From Lysobacterales bacterium (GTDB taxonomy: Bacteria; Pseudomonadota; Gammaproteobacteria; Xanthomonadales; SZUA-36): 59,092 bases of DNA. The notes beneath the pieces are model-generated. The model made no database searches and was not told where the DNA came from. It saw only the letters and a program-made list of their open reading frames with translations. The position numbers were made by a program, and so were the translations under genes. The stretch lies in contig WTJD01000029.1 of NCBI GenBank assembly GCA_011524975.1, positions 1 to 59,092 of the forward strand, given 5' to 3'. Of the stretch, positions 1 to 7,822 are shown one piece after another; position 1 is the stretch's first letter; each line of letters starts with the position of its first letter.

Positions 1-438
1 CACGATCGGTCCCGTCCACTGCCCCAGGCGCTTGAGCGTGAGCGCTTCAAACAACTCCTCATAGGTGCCGCAGCCACCCGGCAGCGTCACCAAGGCATCG
101 GCCCGGGACAGCATCCGGTGCTTTCGCTCGCGCATATCATCGACAATATCCATACGCGTCAAGCCCTGGTGCGCGCATTCCAGCTGCAGAAGGAATTCCG
201 GAACGACACCATGGACCTGGGCCCCATGCTCCAAAGCGGCATCGGCCATGGCGCCCATCAGCCCCGTGCCGCCACCACCGTAGACGATCGACATGCCCGC
301 ATGCGCCAGAACCCTGCCCACCTGGGCGGCGGCTTCGGTATATTCTTCCGCCAGCTGTCTGCTGGAGGCTGCATAAACGGCAACGCGATGGATTTCCTCG
401 CCGTTGGCCGGGGTTGATGTGCTCGTCTCCTTGTACAT
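1..438 (-). CDS. LOG-family (TIGR00730-type) nucleotide 5'-monophosphate phosphoribohydrolase; C-terminal end cut by the window edge
   Basis: My own minus-strand translation from the ATG at 438 gives MYKETSTSTPANGEEIHRVAVYAASS...IVYGGGGTGLMGAMADAALEHG...VTLPGGCGTYEELFEALTLKRLGQWTGPIV. GGGxxGLMG and PGGxGTxEE are the LOG signature motifs. It is absent from the ORF track because it has no stop codon inside the window. Confidence 0.8.
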   Translation of the reverse strand, partial: MYKETSTSTPANGEEIHRVAVYAASSRQLAEEYTEAAAQVGRVLAHAGMSIVYGGGGTGLMGAMADAALEHGAQVHGVVPEFLLQLECAHQGLTRMDIVDDMRERKHRMLSRADALVTLPGGCGTYEELFEALTLKRLGQWTGPIV

Positions 439-526
439 GCGCGTATTGTAAGCTTGAATGATTGCCTGCGGTCCCGATATTTCAAATCATGGGTGTTATT
501 AAGCGCACATCATCCGGAGAGTCAGT

Positions 527-1132
527 TTGAACCAGCCCGCAGCATTTCGTGTTACACAGCCGCCCGTTTCAATCGCTTTGATCATTTTTTGCGCGGTCGT
601 GTTTTTCACGCAGTTCATGCCGGCCAACATGGCGCTCTGGCCCCTGCAAAGCGGGTACTTCGCACCCTGGCAACTGGTCAGCTATGGTTTTCTCCACGGC
701 GGTTTCAACCACCTGTTCTTCAACATGTTCGCCCTGTGGATGTTTGGCCTGCAACTGGAGCGGGTGTGGGGCAGCCAGCGGTTCGCGCTTTACTATTTTG
801 TCTGCATCGTGGGCGCGGCCATAACGCAGCTGATTGTCCAGCAGCTGAGCGGACAGTTCTATCCCACGATCGGGGCTTCCGGCGCCGTGTTCGGTCTCCT
901 GCTGGCCTATGGCGTGACCTGGCCGGAAAATCGCGTGCTGCTGCTGTTTTTCCCGGTGCCGATCAAGGCCAAGTGGTTCGTGCTCATCTACGGCGGCATT
1001 GAATTGATATTCGGCATCACCAACGCCATGCCCCAGATCGCGCACTTTGCCCACCTGGGGGGCTTGCTGTTTGGTGCCGGCCTGCTCTGGCGATGGGGCT
1101 GGCGCCCCGGAATGACCTGGAAGAAGCGGTAG
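527..1132 (+). CDS. Rhomboid-family intramembrane serine protease
   Basis: The 201-aa polytopic protein carries the GASGAVFGLL (GxSG catalytic Ser) and HFAHLGGLLFG (catalytic His) motifs. The TTG start is preceded by GGAGA at 516-520. Confidence 0.8.
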   Translation: MNQPAAFRVTQPPVSIALIIFCAVVFFTQFMPANMALWPLQSGYFAPWQLVSYGFLHGGFNHLFFNMFALWMFGLQLERVWGSQRFALYYFVCIVGAAITQLIVQQLSGQFYPTIGASGAVFGLLLAYGVTWPENRVLLLFFPVPIKAKWFVLIYGGIELIFGITNAMPQIAHFAHLGGLLFGAGLLWRWGWRPGMTWKKR

Positions 1133-1134
1133 AT

Positions 1135-2835
1135 TCAGAGTCCGCCGTGCTCCAGGGGGCGCTCACGGTGCATCAGGATCCACTCCGCATGCTCCTCCAG
1201 TGCCGCGGTACCCACCGCTTTAAGCACACGTCTCTGAAAGTGGATATCTGAAGCGTTCTCTAACAAGCGACCCGCATTTCCAAAGACCCTGGTCATGAAC
1301 TGGTACTGCTTGATCAGTTCACGTTCGGCACGCTTGTGGGAATAAGTGTCGCGTACACCGGCAATCAGCGGCAGCACACCGGTAAGCACCAGCATAACCT
1401 GGAAAGATTGCGGCGACAGTTGCCCGCCCGCAACCGCGAGGATGGCGGCAATCAGTATGCCTGACCACAACGAGATGGCGCCCAAACGGGTGGTGCGTTG
1501 GTAGCCCTTTGCCTTCTGCAGACTCTTTCGATGGTAATAGGCCAGCTGGCCCCCTTCTCCCGATGAACCCACCCATTTATCAATCACCCAGGGCACCCAG
1601 TCATCACCCGGGGCCTCGGTTCGATCTCGCCACAGGCTGGCGGAGCGCATGACGTGACGAATCCACCCCAGATCGACGTCCTGCTTCTGCAGGAAATTGT
1701 CATAGGCGAAAACGGCTGACTGGGTTTCGACCACGCCAGCGAGGTTCCAGAACAATTGCACCCGTAAACCCTCAGCCAGGGCGCGGTAATCCAGATACTT
1801 GCGGTGCCATTCGCGTCGCTCACCAATGGCATGAAAGATAAAGCCTGCCCCGAACAACGCGAGAAACATGTAAATCAGAAACTGTGGCCCTTCGTACTCC
1901 GCGTAGATCAGGAACACCAAGCCCATCATGACGGCCAACAGATGGACCACCATCATGCCTTGATGCACCCGCTTCTGGAAATGGATGGCCAGCCAATCGG
2001 CCTGACCAAACAAACTGTTGACCCGCCTGGCCCCGCCGGGCAAAGGAAAGTCTGAGTTAGCATCCAGCAGTGAATCGGCCTCTGCCAGGATTCGGTCTTC
2101 GTACTTGTGCACGTCTGCCTGGTACTCATGCAACCGTTGCAGAGTGATCCTGTAATCGAACGGCATTTCATCGGCCACCGTTCGCTCGAAATGCGCACTC
2201 AGCCAGTATTCCTGCAGCGGCTCGAGGCCCTCCAATGGCGCCCCGGACTCGCGCTCACGAGAAACCACGATCTGGTAGAGCAGGTCATTTTCATTGTCGG
2301 CCAGCAGATTCGGGGACTCCTCTTCCAGCTCGAATCCAGGCATGACCGCTGTGAGGTGATAGTTGACGACACCCGCCGTACCACCCACCTGCTCATCCGG
2401 CTTGCCATTCCACAAAGCCAACAGAATCTGGCAATGATTGGAGACGAACACACCGAGTTGCGCATACTGCCAGTCTCTGGCGGCACCGGGCGAATTGATG
2501 CACTCGGGCGTGCTGCCCTTGACCAACGGCAGCGGGATAACATGGCCCCGGTTTCTCAGCTTTCGGAAGTTTTCAAGGCCGGCCTGTGTGGCGAAGTCTT
2601 TCTCATATTCCGCAACCTCCATCGGCAGCGGCACGACCAGTGGAATATCGAGGTCGGTAGCCACCTCGGCCACCAACTGGTCCGCACCTTCCGCCAGTGG
2701 CGAAATCAGCTGCAGGTCGAGGCCCGGAAACTGCTCCTGCATGCGCAAGAAAAAAGCCCGAACCTGCTCCCGCAGGTCGGGCTTTTCTGATTCCAACAGG
2801 TCGCGGTGACCAGTGACACCAATGGTCAGGTTCAT
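1135..2835 (-). CDS. Membrane protein with an N-terminal YpsA/LOG-like (SLOG-type) Rossmann domain and two tandem 2-TM (SLATT-like) modules
   Basis: 566 aa. The N-terminal pattern IGVTGHRDL / SPLAEGADQLVAEVA / VVPLPM / ILLALWNGKPDEQVGGTAGVV parallels the strand-loop pattern of YpsA (DUF1273) and LOG. Four predicted TM helices fall at about aa 294-312, 318-336, 451-470 and 478-494. Each pair is followed by a basic/aromatic helix (WHRKYLDYRALAEGLR; YSHKRAERELIKQYQF). It is the last gene of the 6245->1135 cluster. Confidence 0.5.
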   Translation of the reverse strand: MNLTIGVTGHRDLLESEKPDLREQVRAFFLRMQEQFPGLDLQLISPLAEGADQLVAEVATDLDIPLVVPLPMEVAEYEKDFATQAGLENFRKLRNRGHVIPLPLVKGSTPECINSPGAARDWQYAQLGVFVSNHCQILLALWNGKPDEQVGGTAGVVNYHLTAVMPGFELEEESPNLLADNENDLLYQIVVSRERESGAPLEGLEPLQEYWLSAHFERTVADEMPFDYRITLQRLHEYQADVHKYEDRILAEADSLLDANSDFPLPGGARRVNSLFGQADWLAIHFQKRVHQGMMVVHLLAVMMGLVFLIYAEYEGPQFLIYMFLALFGAGFIFHAIGERREWHRKYLDYRALAEGLRVQLFWNLAGVVETQSAVFAYDNFLQKQDVDLGWIRHVMRSASLWRDRTEAPGDDWVPWVIDKWVGSSGEGGQLAYYHRKSLQKAKGYQRTTRLGAISLWSGILIAAILAVAGGQLSPQSFQVMLVLTGVLPLIAGVRDTYSHKRAERELIKQYQFMTRVFGNAGRLLENASDIHFQRRVLKAVGTAALEEHAEWILMHRERPLEHGGL

Positions 2836-2874
2836 CGGCAGGTCGCGGTCCCGATAACCGGCATGACGACTGGG

Positions 2875-3396
2875 TCAGCGGCCGCCGGTTCCATCGTTTT
2901 CCATGCGCGGATCGAACCAGATGGTGCGGCCGTCACATTCCGCCGAAACGCGGTACCACAGGCTGTAAGCCGCACTGTTGTCATCCCGGATAGAAATGGA
3001 GTTGCCCCGACCCGTCGGGATGTCGCCGCTGCCGGCATCGGCACCAAAATCTGCCGCCGCGGTCTGGCTCAGGTTGCCCCACGAACCCTTGCCACCCGAG
3101 TTCTCACCACCCAGCTGCACGCCGGTCAACTCCCACATCGAGCCTGACCCGCATATACGATCATTGACCAGCCGGAACGTGATATCACCCCTGCCACTCA
3201 CGCGGACGCAGCCATTCTCCGAACTGTTCACACAGCGGCCATGATTCGAACCCTGCGCGTTGTATTCCAGCGCGGTTTCGCTGTCGTTGACCCTGAGCAG
3301 CACGAGGTTCGATGGCTGCCCCTGGGCCATGGCGAGGCCGGGCAGAAATAACAGCGCCAGCAGTACGTATCGGGAACTTCCTGTTTTCTTATGCAT
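2875..3396 (-). CDS. Secreted Cys-containing protein of unknown function; paralogue of the 5625-6245 product
   Basis: I trimmed the start to MHKKTGSSRYVLLALLFLPGLAMAQG (signal peptide), which has GGAG 9 nt upstream. It shares GC[VM]R[VF], TG[VI]QL, WY[RQ]V[ST]AE.C and the C-terminal DPR.EN.GTG.R with the 5625-6245 protein. Confidence 0.6.
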   Translation of the reverse strand: MHKKTGSSRYVLLALLFLPGLAMAQGQPSNLVLLRVNDSETALEYNAQGSNHGRCVNSSENGCVRVSGRGDITFRLVNDRICGSGSMWELTGVQLGGENSGGKGSWGNLSQTAAADFGADAGSGDIPTGRGNSISIRDDNSAAYSLWYRVSAECDGRTIWFDPRMENDGTGGR

Positions 3397-3451
3397 TGTT
3401 TTTACTCCGTTGGTTAGGTGGCAAGTCGCAGGCACTGTCTACTCCTGCATT

Positions 3452-5563
3452 TCAATCACCGGTACACAATTCGTATTCCCGGCAAAAACTGATGAATTCG
3501 GGTTCGTAGTAGCCTTTCGCCAGCAGGTTCGCAGTATAGCCCTTAGCCGCTTCGCTTCGCTCCTGAAGAATCGCGTTTTGAACCGCCAGTCGCATATGGG
3601 TGCACGAAGGGCTTTCCGACTCGACAATGGGCATTTCCATTATCTCGTTCACATGGGGGGTTAAAGGTACTTGGCCGTGTCGTTGAAAATACCGAAAAGC
3701 AGCGTCGAGCAGAGAAAACTTAAGCAGTTCTATTTGCGGGGCCGCGTCAACTTGCTCACTTGAGTAAGCGAGTGCCTGGTTCAGTACCTCTTCCGCCAAT
3801 TTGGACGCTCCGGCCGATCGCGCAATCCTTTCACGCACGAGCAGGAATGAACCGTATTCTTCACTGAGGTCAACCGGGATAGATTGCCCCCCCTGCAGCG
3901 TGGCCTGCCAAGCTTCATTCAGCTGGTCTGCCTCCGACAGGGCGACAGCCGCGGGTTCTTCCAGTGAGGTCACGGCCAGCAAACGCGAACGCCGCTCCAT
4001 GAGCAGCATCTTGAGCCTGATATCGCTTGGATCAGATTCAATCAGGGTTTCGAGCAGACCAATGGACTCCCGCAAGCTGGCAGCCGCCTGTCCCACAAGG
4101 CCGACATTCAACTGGACCCGGGCCAAACCGCCAAGGCCGTAGCCGAGGAATCGCCTGGCCCGCGGATCGTCTGGGTCGGTCTCGACCTCCTTTCGCGCGA
4201 GTCGCGTGCCTTCGATTCGTGCCTGGAGTGCCCCGCCCAGATCACAGACTTGGAGGTGCGCGTCCGCCAGGAATGCGTGAGACTGTTCCAATTCGCGCTC
4301 ATAATCCGAGTTGCCTGGGTCGAGCACCAAGGCAATCTGGTTGAATTGCAGCGCCGCCTGCAGATATTGCCGAGCCCGCAACGGGTCACCCCGCCGGCTC
4401 CGCTTTTCCAGGCCACCCAGGTTCGAGAGGGCATAGGTCATTTCGAGCACCCATTCCGCATTTTCCGGCTCTGCCCGTAACAACTTTCGTGTAATCCCCG
4501 TGTAAACCAGGAAAGATCGCTCCGCTTCGTCGAAATCGCTGGCGTCCATGGCCATCTGGCCGAGCCAGTACTCGGCCTGGCCCAGTTCAAACAGCAGGGC
4601 CGTGCTTTGATTTTCCCGATAATGTTCTGCGATCAAGGCCCAGGAGCGGCTGAATGCGTCGATGGCATCATCCGCCTGGCCTTGACGCCAAAAGTCAATA
4701 CCTGCCTCGCGCAAGGCGAAAGCCGTGGTGAGTGCACTGTCCCTATCCACGCCGGATTCGCGGAGCAGCGCCTCGAGTTCAGCATCGCTCCATTCCTTGA
4801 GCCGGGCCAGTTCCTCACCGGCCTGCGGCGCCTCGATCAGGCCTGCCACTTCATTCAGCTTGAAGCCCACCAGTTGTTCGGCGGACGCGCGCCGCGCTTC
4901 GGCCGCCGCCTGGCTCTTCTGCGCCGAAATCCGGAAGGTAATCGCCAGCATGATAATCACGGCGACTGCGAGCACACCCACCGTCGTCAGTGCCCAAATG
5001 CGCTGCCGGCGCTGCAAGTCGCGGCGGCGGAGACTGTCCAGCGCAATACCGAGAATGCCGGACAGCAGCTTGAGCAGGGACAGCAGCTTGCCATCCGCCC
5101 ATTTGCGGGCGTCCGCCGCCAGCGGCTCGATTTCCGACCCATCTTCGGCCTCCAGCAGCGCCGGCGGAAAACAATTTTCCCCTTCGCGACCCGCGGGATC
5201 GCCGTCAACGATGACCGCGAAGATCCGGTCGCCGCGGCCCTGCCGGCGAAATTCACGGATCTCCTCGTTAACCCACCGGGACGCGGCCGCCGCCGGTGAG
5301 CAGATCACCACCAACGCACCCGAATCGGCCAGGACCTGCTTGACCTTTGCAGACAAATCCGATCCCGATGACAACTCTTCGCGATCCAGGAAAACCGGCT
5401 GTAAGCGCTTGGGGATGACACCGAACGACGTGTTCTGTCCGACCAGTTTGCCGGGAATGCGGTAACGCTCCAACTGACGGTGAAACCACTTGGCCCAGGC
5501 TTCGTCCGCGTGGTTATAGCTGATGAACGCCTTGTATCTGAAGGAGGACATGTTGCCCGTCAT
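3452..5563 (-). CDS. TIR-domain protein: N-terminal TIR, one TM helix, large C-terminal TPR-like helical-repeat domain
   Basis: The TIR_2-like N-terminus reads YKAFISYNHADEAWAKWFHRQL...VFLDREELSSGSDL...LVVICSPAAAASRWVNEEIREF, with an SxWxxxE-type putative catalytic Glu. The TM helix is IWALTTVGVLAVAVIIMLAITF. About 480 aa of TPR-like repeats follow. The start is ambiguous between ATG 5563 and ATG 5551; the track's 5653 start would overlap the upstream gene. Confidence 0.75.
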   Translation of the reverse strand: MTGNMSSFRYKAFISYNHADEAWAKWFHRQLERYRIPGKLVGQNTSFGVIPKRLQPVFLDREELSSGSDLSAKVKQVLADSGALVVICSPAAAASRWVNEEIREFRRQGRGDRIFAVIVDGDPAGREGENCFPPALLEAEDGSEIEPLAADARKWADGKLLSLLKLLSGILGIALDSLRRRDLQRRQRIWALTTVGVLAVAVIIMLAITFRISAQKSQAAAEARRASAEQLVGFKLNEVAGLIEAPQAGEELARLKEWSDAELEALLRESGVDRDSALTTAFALREAGIDFWRQGQADDAIDAFSRSWALIAEHYRENQSTALLFELGQAEYWLGQMAMDASDFDEAERSFLVYTGITRKLLRAEPENAEWVLEMTYALSNLGGLEKRSRRGDPLRARQYLQAALQFNQIALVLDPGNSDYERELEQSHAFLADAHLQVCDLGGALQARIEGTRLARKEVETDPDDPRARRFLGYGLGGLARVQLNVGLVGQAAASLRESIGLLETLIESDPSDIRLKMLLMERRSRLLAVTSLEEPAAVALSEADQLNEAWQATLQGGQSIPVDLSEEYGSFLLVRERIARSAGASKLAEEVLNQALAYSSEQVDAAPQIELLKFSLLDAAFRYFQRHGQVPLTPHVNEIMEMPIVESESPSCTHMRLAVQNAILQERSEAAKGYTANLLAKGYYEPEFISFCREYELCTGD

Positions 5564-5624
5564 ACCTGCCTGAAGCGCGAACGGCGGGCGCTGGCACCCG
5601 CGGTCGCCTGACGAATTGGCCGCA

Positions 5625-6245
5625 TTATCTGCCCGTGCCCCGGTTTTCGCCACGCGGGTCGGTGACCCACGGGCCGTCCTTGTTGGAACCCGGGCAGGCT
5701 TCTGCGGTCACCTGGTACCAGAAGGTTTTTACGCCATCAGCAGCATCATTGAAGTTGGCGTTGAGCAGCCAGACTTGCGTCGTACCGCTATTTACGCCGG
5801 CCTCATAGGCGTAGCCATTCGACAGGTCGAGCGCCAGGAAGGCGTCGTCCTTGAGCCATTGCTCAGGCAAAACGGTAAAATCGCCTTTATCCCCGCCACT
5901 GCTGGTCGCCAGTTCTGTCGTGGTCAGCTGTATACCTGTAATGACCTCCTTCGCCCCGGAATCGCAGGTTTTGCTGGTTTGCTTGGACCCGGGAAGGTAG
6001 AACTGGACCAGGCCAACCGTGTCTTTCGCAAAGCGCATGCAGCCGTTGTGAGGATTGTTGAGACAGCCCTTGTTGGCCGTATCGACCTTGAGCACACCGC
6101 TGTTCCCCTGGGGTACCAGTTTTATGGAAAACGCCTTGGCGGCAAGCCGGTTACCGCCACCGGTCAGCCCGATCTGAGTTGCACATCCTGTCAATACGGC
6201 TGCGGTCAGCACAGCAATCATCAATCCCTTGACTGGGTTTCTCAT
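5625..6245 (-). CDS. Lipoprotein of unknown function; paralogue of the 2875-3396 product
   Basis: MRNPVKGLMIAVLTAAVLTGC is a lipobox signal (LTG|C). A GGAGAA RBS lies 5 nt before the ATG. Four Cys positions and the C-terminal motif DPRGENRGTGR are conserved with the paralogue. Confidence 0.65.
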   Translation of the reverse strand: MRNPVKGLMIAVLTAAVLTGCATQIGLTGGGNRLAAKAFSIKLVPQGNSGVLKVDTANKGCLNNPHNGCMRFAKDTVGLVQFYLPGSKQTSKTCDSGAKEVITGIQLTTTELATSSGGDKGDFTVLPEQWLKDDAFLALDLSNGYAYEAGVNSGTTQVWLLNANFNDAADGVKTFWYQVTAEACPGSNKDGPWVTDPRGENRGTGR

Positions 6246-6475
6246 AGCCTTCTCCCCGCCGGCCTGAGCGCCGGCTATTTAATTATTGGTTTTCGTAGCA
6301 CGACGACACACTGTCGGTGTGCCGGGATTTTTCTTGTTTTTCGAATTTTCCAACACGGAATATACCCGAAACCCGCGATTTCTGCGCTCAAACGCCCCGA
6401 AAATCCTTCATACGCTTGGCCGCCGGGATGCGCCGAGGGATAATGCGCGCGATTCAGGAAAGCCGCTAACGACTC

Positions 6476-6727
6476 ATGAACTGCTCCGTATTTCGCTCGC
6501 CACGCAAAGACTATACGTACCTGTACCTGGCCGACGATTGCAGGCTGGAAGATCTTCCGGGCACCCTGCTCGACGCCTTCGGCACGCCTGAGTTCGTCAT
6601 TGGACTGGAGTTGTCACCGGAACGCCAGCTGGCCAGCGAGGATGTGGGCGAGGTCATGGCCAACCTGCGCGAGCAGGGTTACCACCTGCAGCTGCCGCCC
6701 GGCGACCAAGTGGGCGACCTGATCTGA
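6476..6727 (+). CDS. ycgL: YcgL-domain protein
   Basis: The 83-aa protein has CSVFRSPRKDYTYLYL and EQGYHLQLPP, matching E. coli YcgL (CVIYRSSKRDQTYLYV ... EQGYYLQLPP). Confidence 0.8.
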   Translation: MNCSVFRSPRKDYTYLYLADDCRLEDLPGTLLDAFGTPEFVIGLELSPERQLASEDVGEVMANLREQGYHLQLPPGDQVGDLI

Positions 6728-6736
6728 GAAAAGATT

Positions 6737-7699
6737 TCAATCCACGCGATTCATCAGCTGATCACGTTCGAAGCCATGAATCAGGCGCACGATTTGATCG
6801 ATCAACGCCTGGCGGGCTTTGCGACTGGCCCAGGCGTTGTGGGGTGTCAGGATCAGGTTGGGTATATCGTCAGCCAGCAGCGGGTGATCAGGTGGCGGTG
6901 GTTCTACGCTGAGCACATCGATCGCGGCCCCTGCGATCAGGCCATCGCGCAGGCAGTCTGCCAGATCGGTCTCCTGCACGATGCCGCCCCGTGCCGTGTT
7001 TACGAGGACAGCGGTCGATTTCATTCGAGACATGACTTCGCGGTCAAACAAGCCGTTTGTCTCCTCATTCAATGGGCAATGAATGCTGATGACATCTGAG
7101 TGTTTCACCACCTCCTCGAATGGATGACGATCTGCCCGCGGCTCGCGCCCCTTGTGTTCGGCGATCAATACATTCATACCCAGGCGCTGGGCATAGTCCG
7201 CCACGCTGCGGCCCAAAACCCCGTACCCTACAATGCCCAGGTTCAGGTCCGCGAGCTGCCTGATGGGCCGGTCAAACAGGCTGAAATGCTTGGCAGACGA
7301 CCACTCTCCTTTCCTCACACGATCCCGGTAAAAAACCTGCCCCGTGACCAGGTTGAGCATGGAAGACAACACGTGCTGGGTGACCGCTTCAGTGGCATAG
7401 TCGCGGCAATTGCAAACGACAATGCCTTGCTGACGGGCAGCCTCGAGATCGACGTTGTTGGTACCCGTTGCCGCGACGATGATCAATTTCAGACATTCCG
7501 CCTGGTGCAGGGTATCGCGATCCAGTGACACCTTATTGGAGATGACCAGCTCGGCCGGTGCAACGCGCGCAGCTACTTCCTCCGAGGAGGTCTGTTCGTA
7601 CCATACCCAGTCGTCAAGGGAAGCAGATAGCGATTCGAGTTCAAGGTCATGGTTATCGACAGACCCCAGGTCGAGGAACACGCCATGATTCAGCAGCAA
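6737..7699 (-). CDS. D-isomer-specific 2-hydroxyacid dehydrogenase (glycerate/hydroxypyruvate reductase-like)
   Basis: It has the NAD-binding motif LGIVGYGVLGRSV and the conserved segments LVNTARGGIV, AAIDVLSVEPP and TPHNAWAS. Confidence 0.8.
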   Translation of the reverse strand: MLLNHGVFLDLGSVDNHDLELESLSASLDDWVWYEQTSSEEVAARVAPAELVISNKVSLDRDTLHQAECLKLIIVAATGTNNVDLEAARQQGIVVCNCRDYATEAVTQHVLSSMLNLVTGQVFYRDRVRKGEWSSAKHFSLFDRPIRQLADLNLGIVGYGVLGRSVADYAQRLGMNVLIAEHKGREPRADRHPFEEVVKHSDVISIHCPLNEETNGLFDREVMSRMKSTAVLVNTARGGIVQETDLADCLRDGLIAGAAIDVLSVEPPPPDHPLLADDIPNLILTPHNAWASRKARQALIDQIVRLIHGFERDQLMNRVD

Positions 7700-7770
7700 C
7701 TTTGGAGCCTCCCTTCGCCATCGGGATTCATCGCCAACATCCTAACCAAACCGCCCCGACTTGTCGCCGC

Positions 7771-7802
7771 CCAAAATAAAAGGCCGCATCGCGGCGGCCT
7801 TT
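7771..7802 (-). terminator. Rho-independent terminator downstream of exbD
   Basis: The stem aaggccgc (7780-7787) pairs with gcggcctt (7794-7801) around a 6-nt loop. On the minus strand it is followed by TTTATTTT. Confidence 0.7.
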
Positions 7803-7822
7803 ACATGTAGCCTGGTTTCGCT

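Noticed and set aside
1-438. The LOG-family gene might belong to the neighbouring TIR/SLOG-like system.
   Set aside because: LOG is a common housekeeping gene. It is separated from the cluster by an oppositely oriented rhomboid gene and lies downstream of the cluster's last gene. The shared fold class is probably coincidental, though it is worth remembering.
5616-6443. A 275-aa plus-strand ORF overlaps the lipoprotein gene.
   Set aside because: The minus-strand reading has a lipobox signal peptide, a good RBS and an in-window paralogue. The plus-strand product has no recognisable features.
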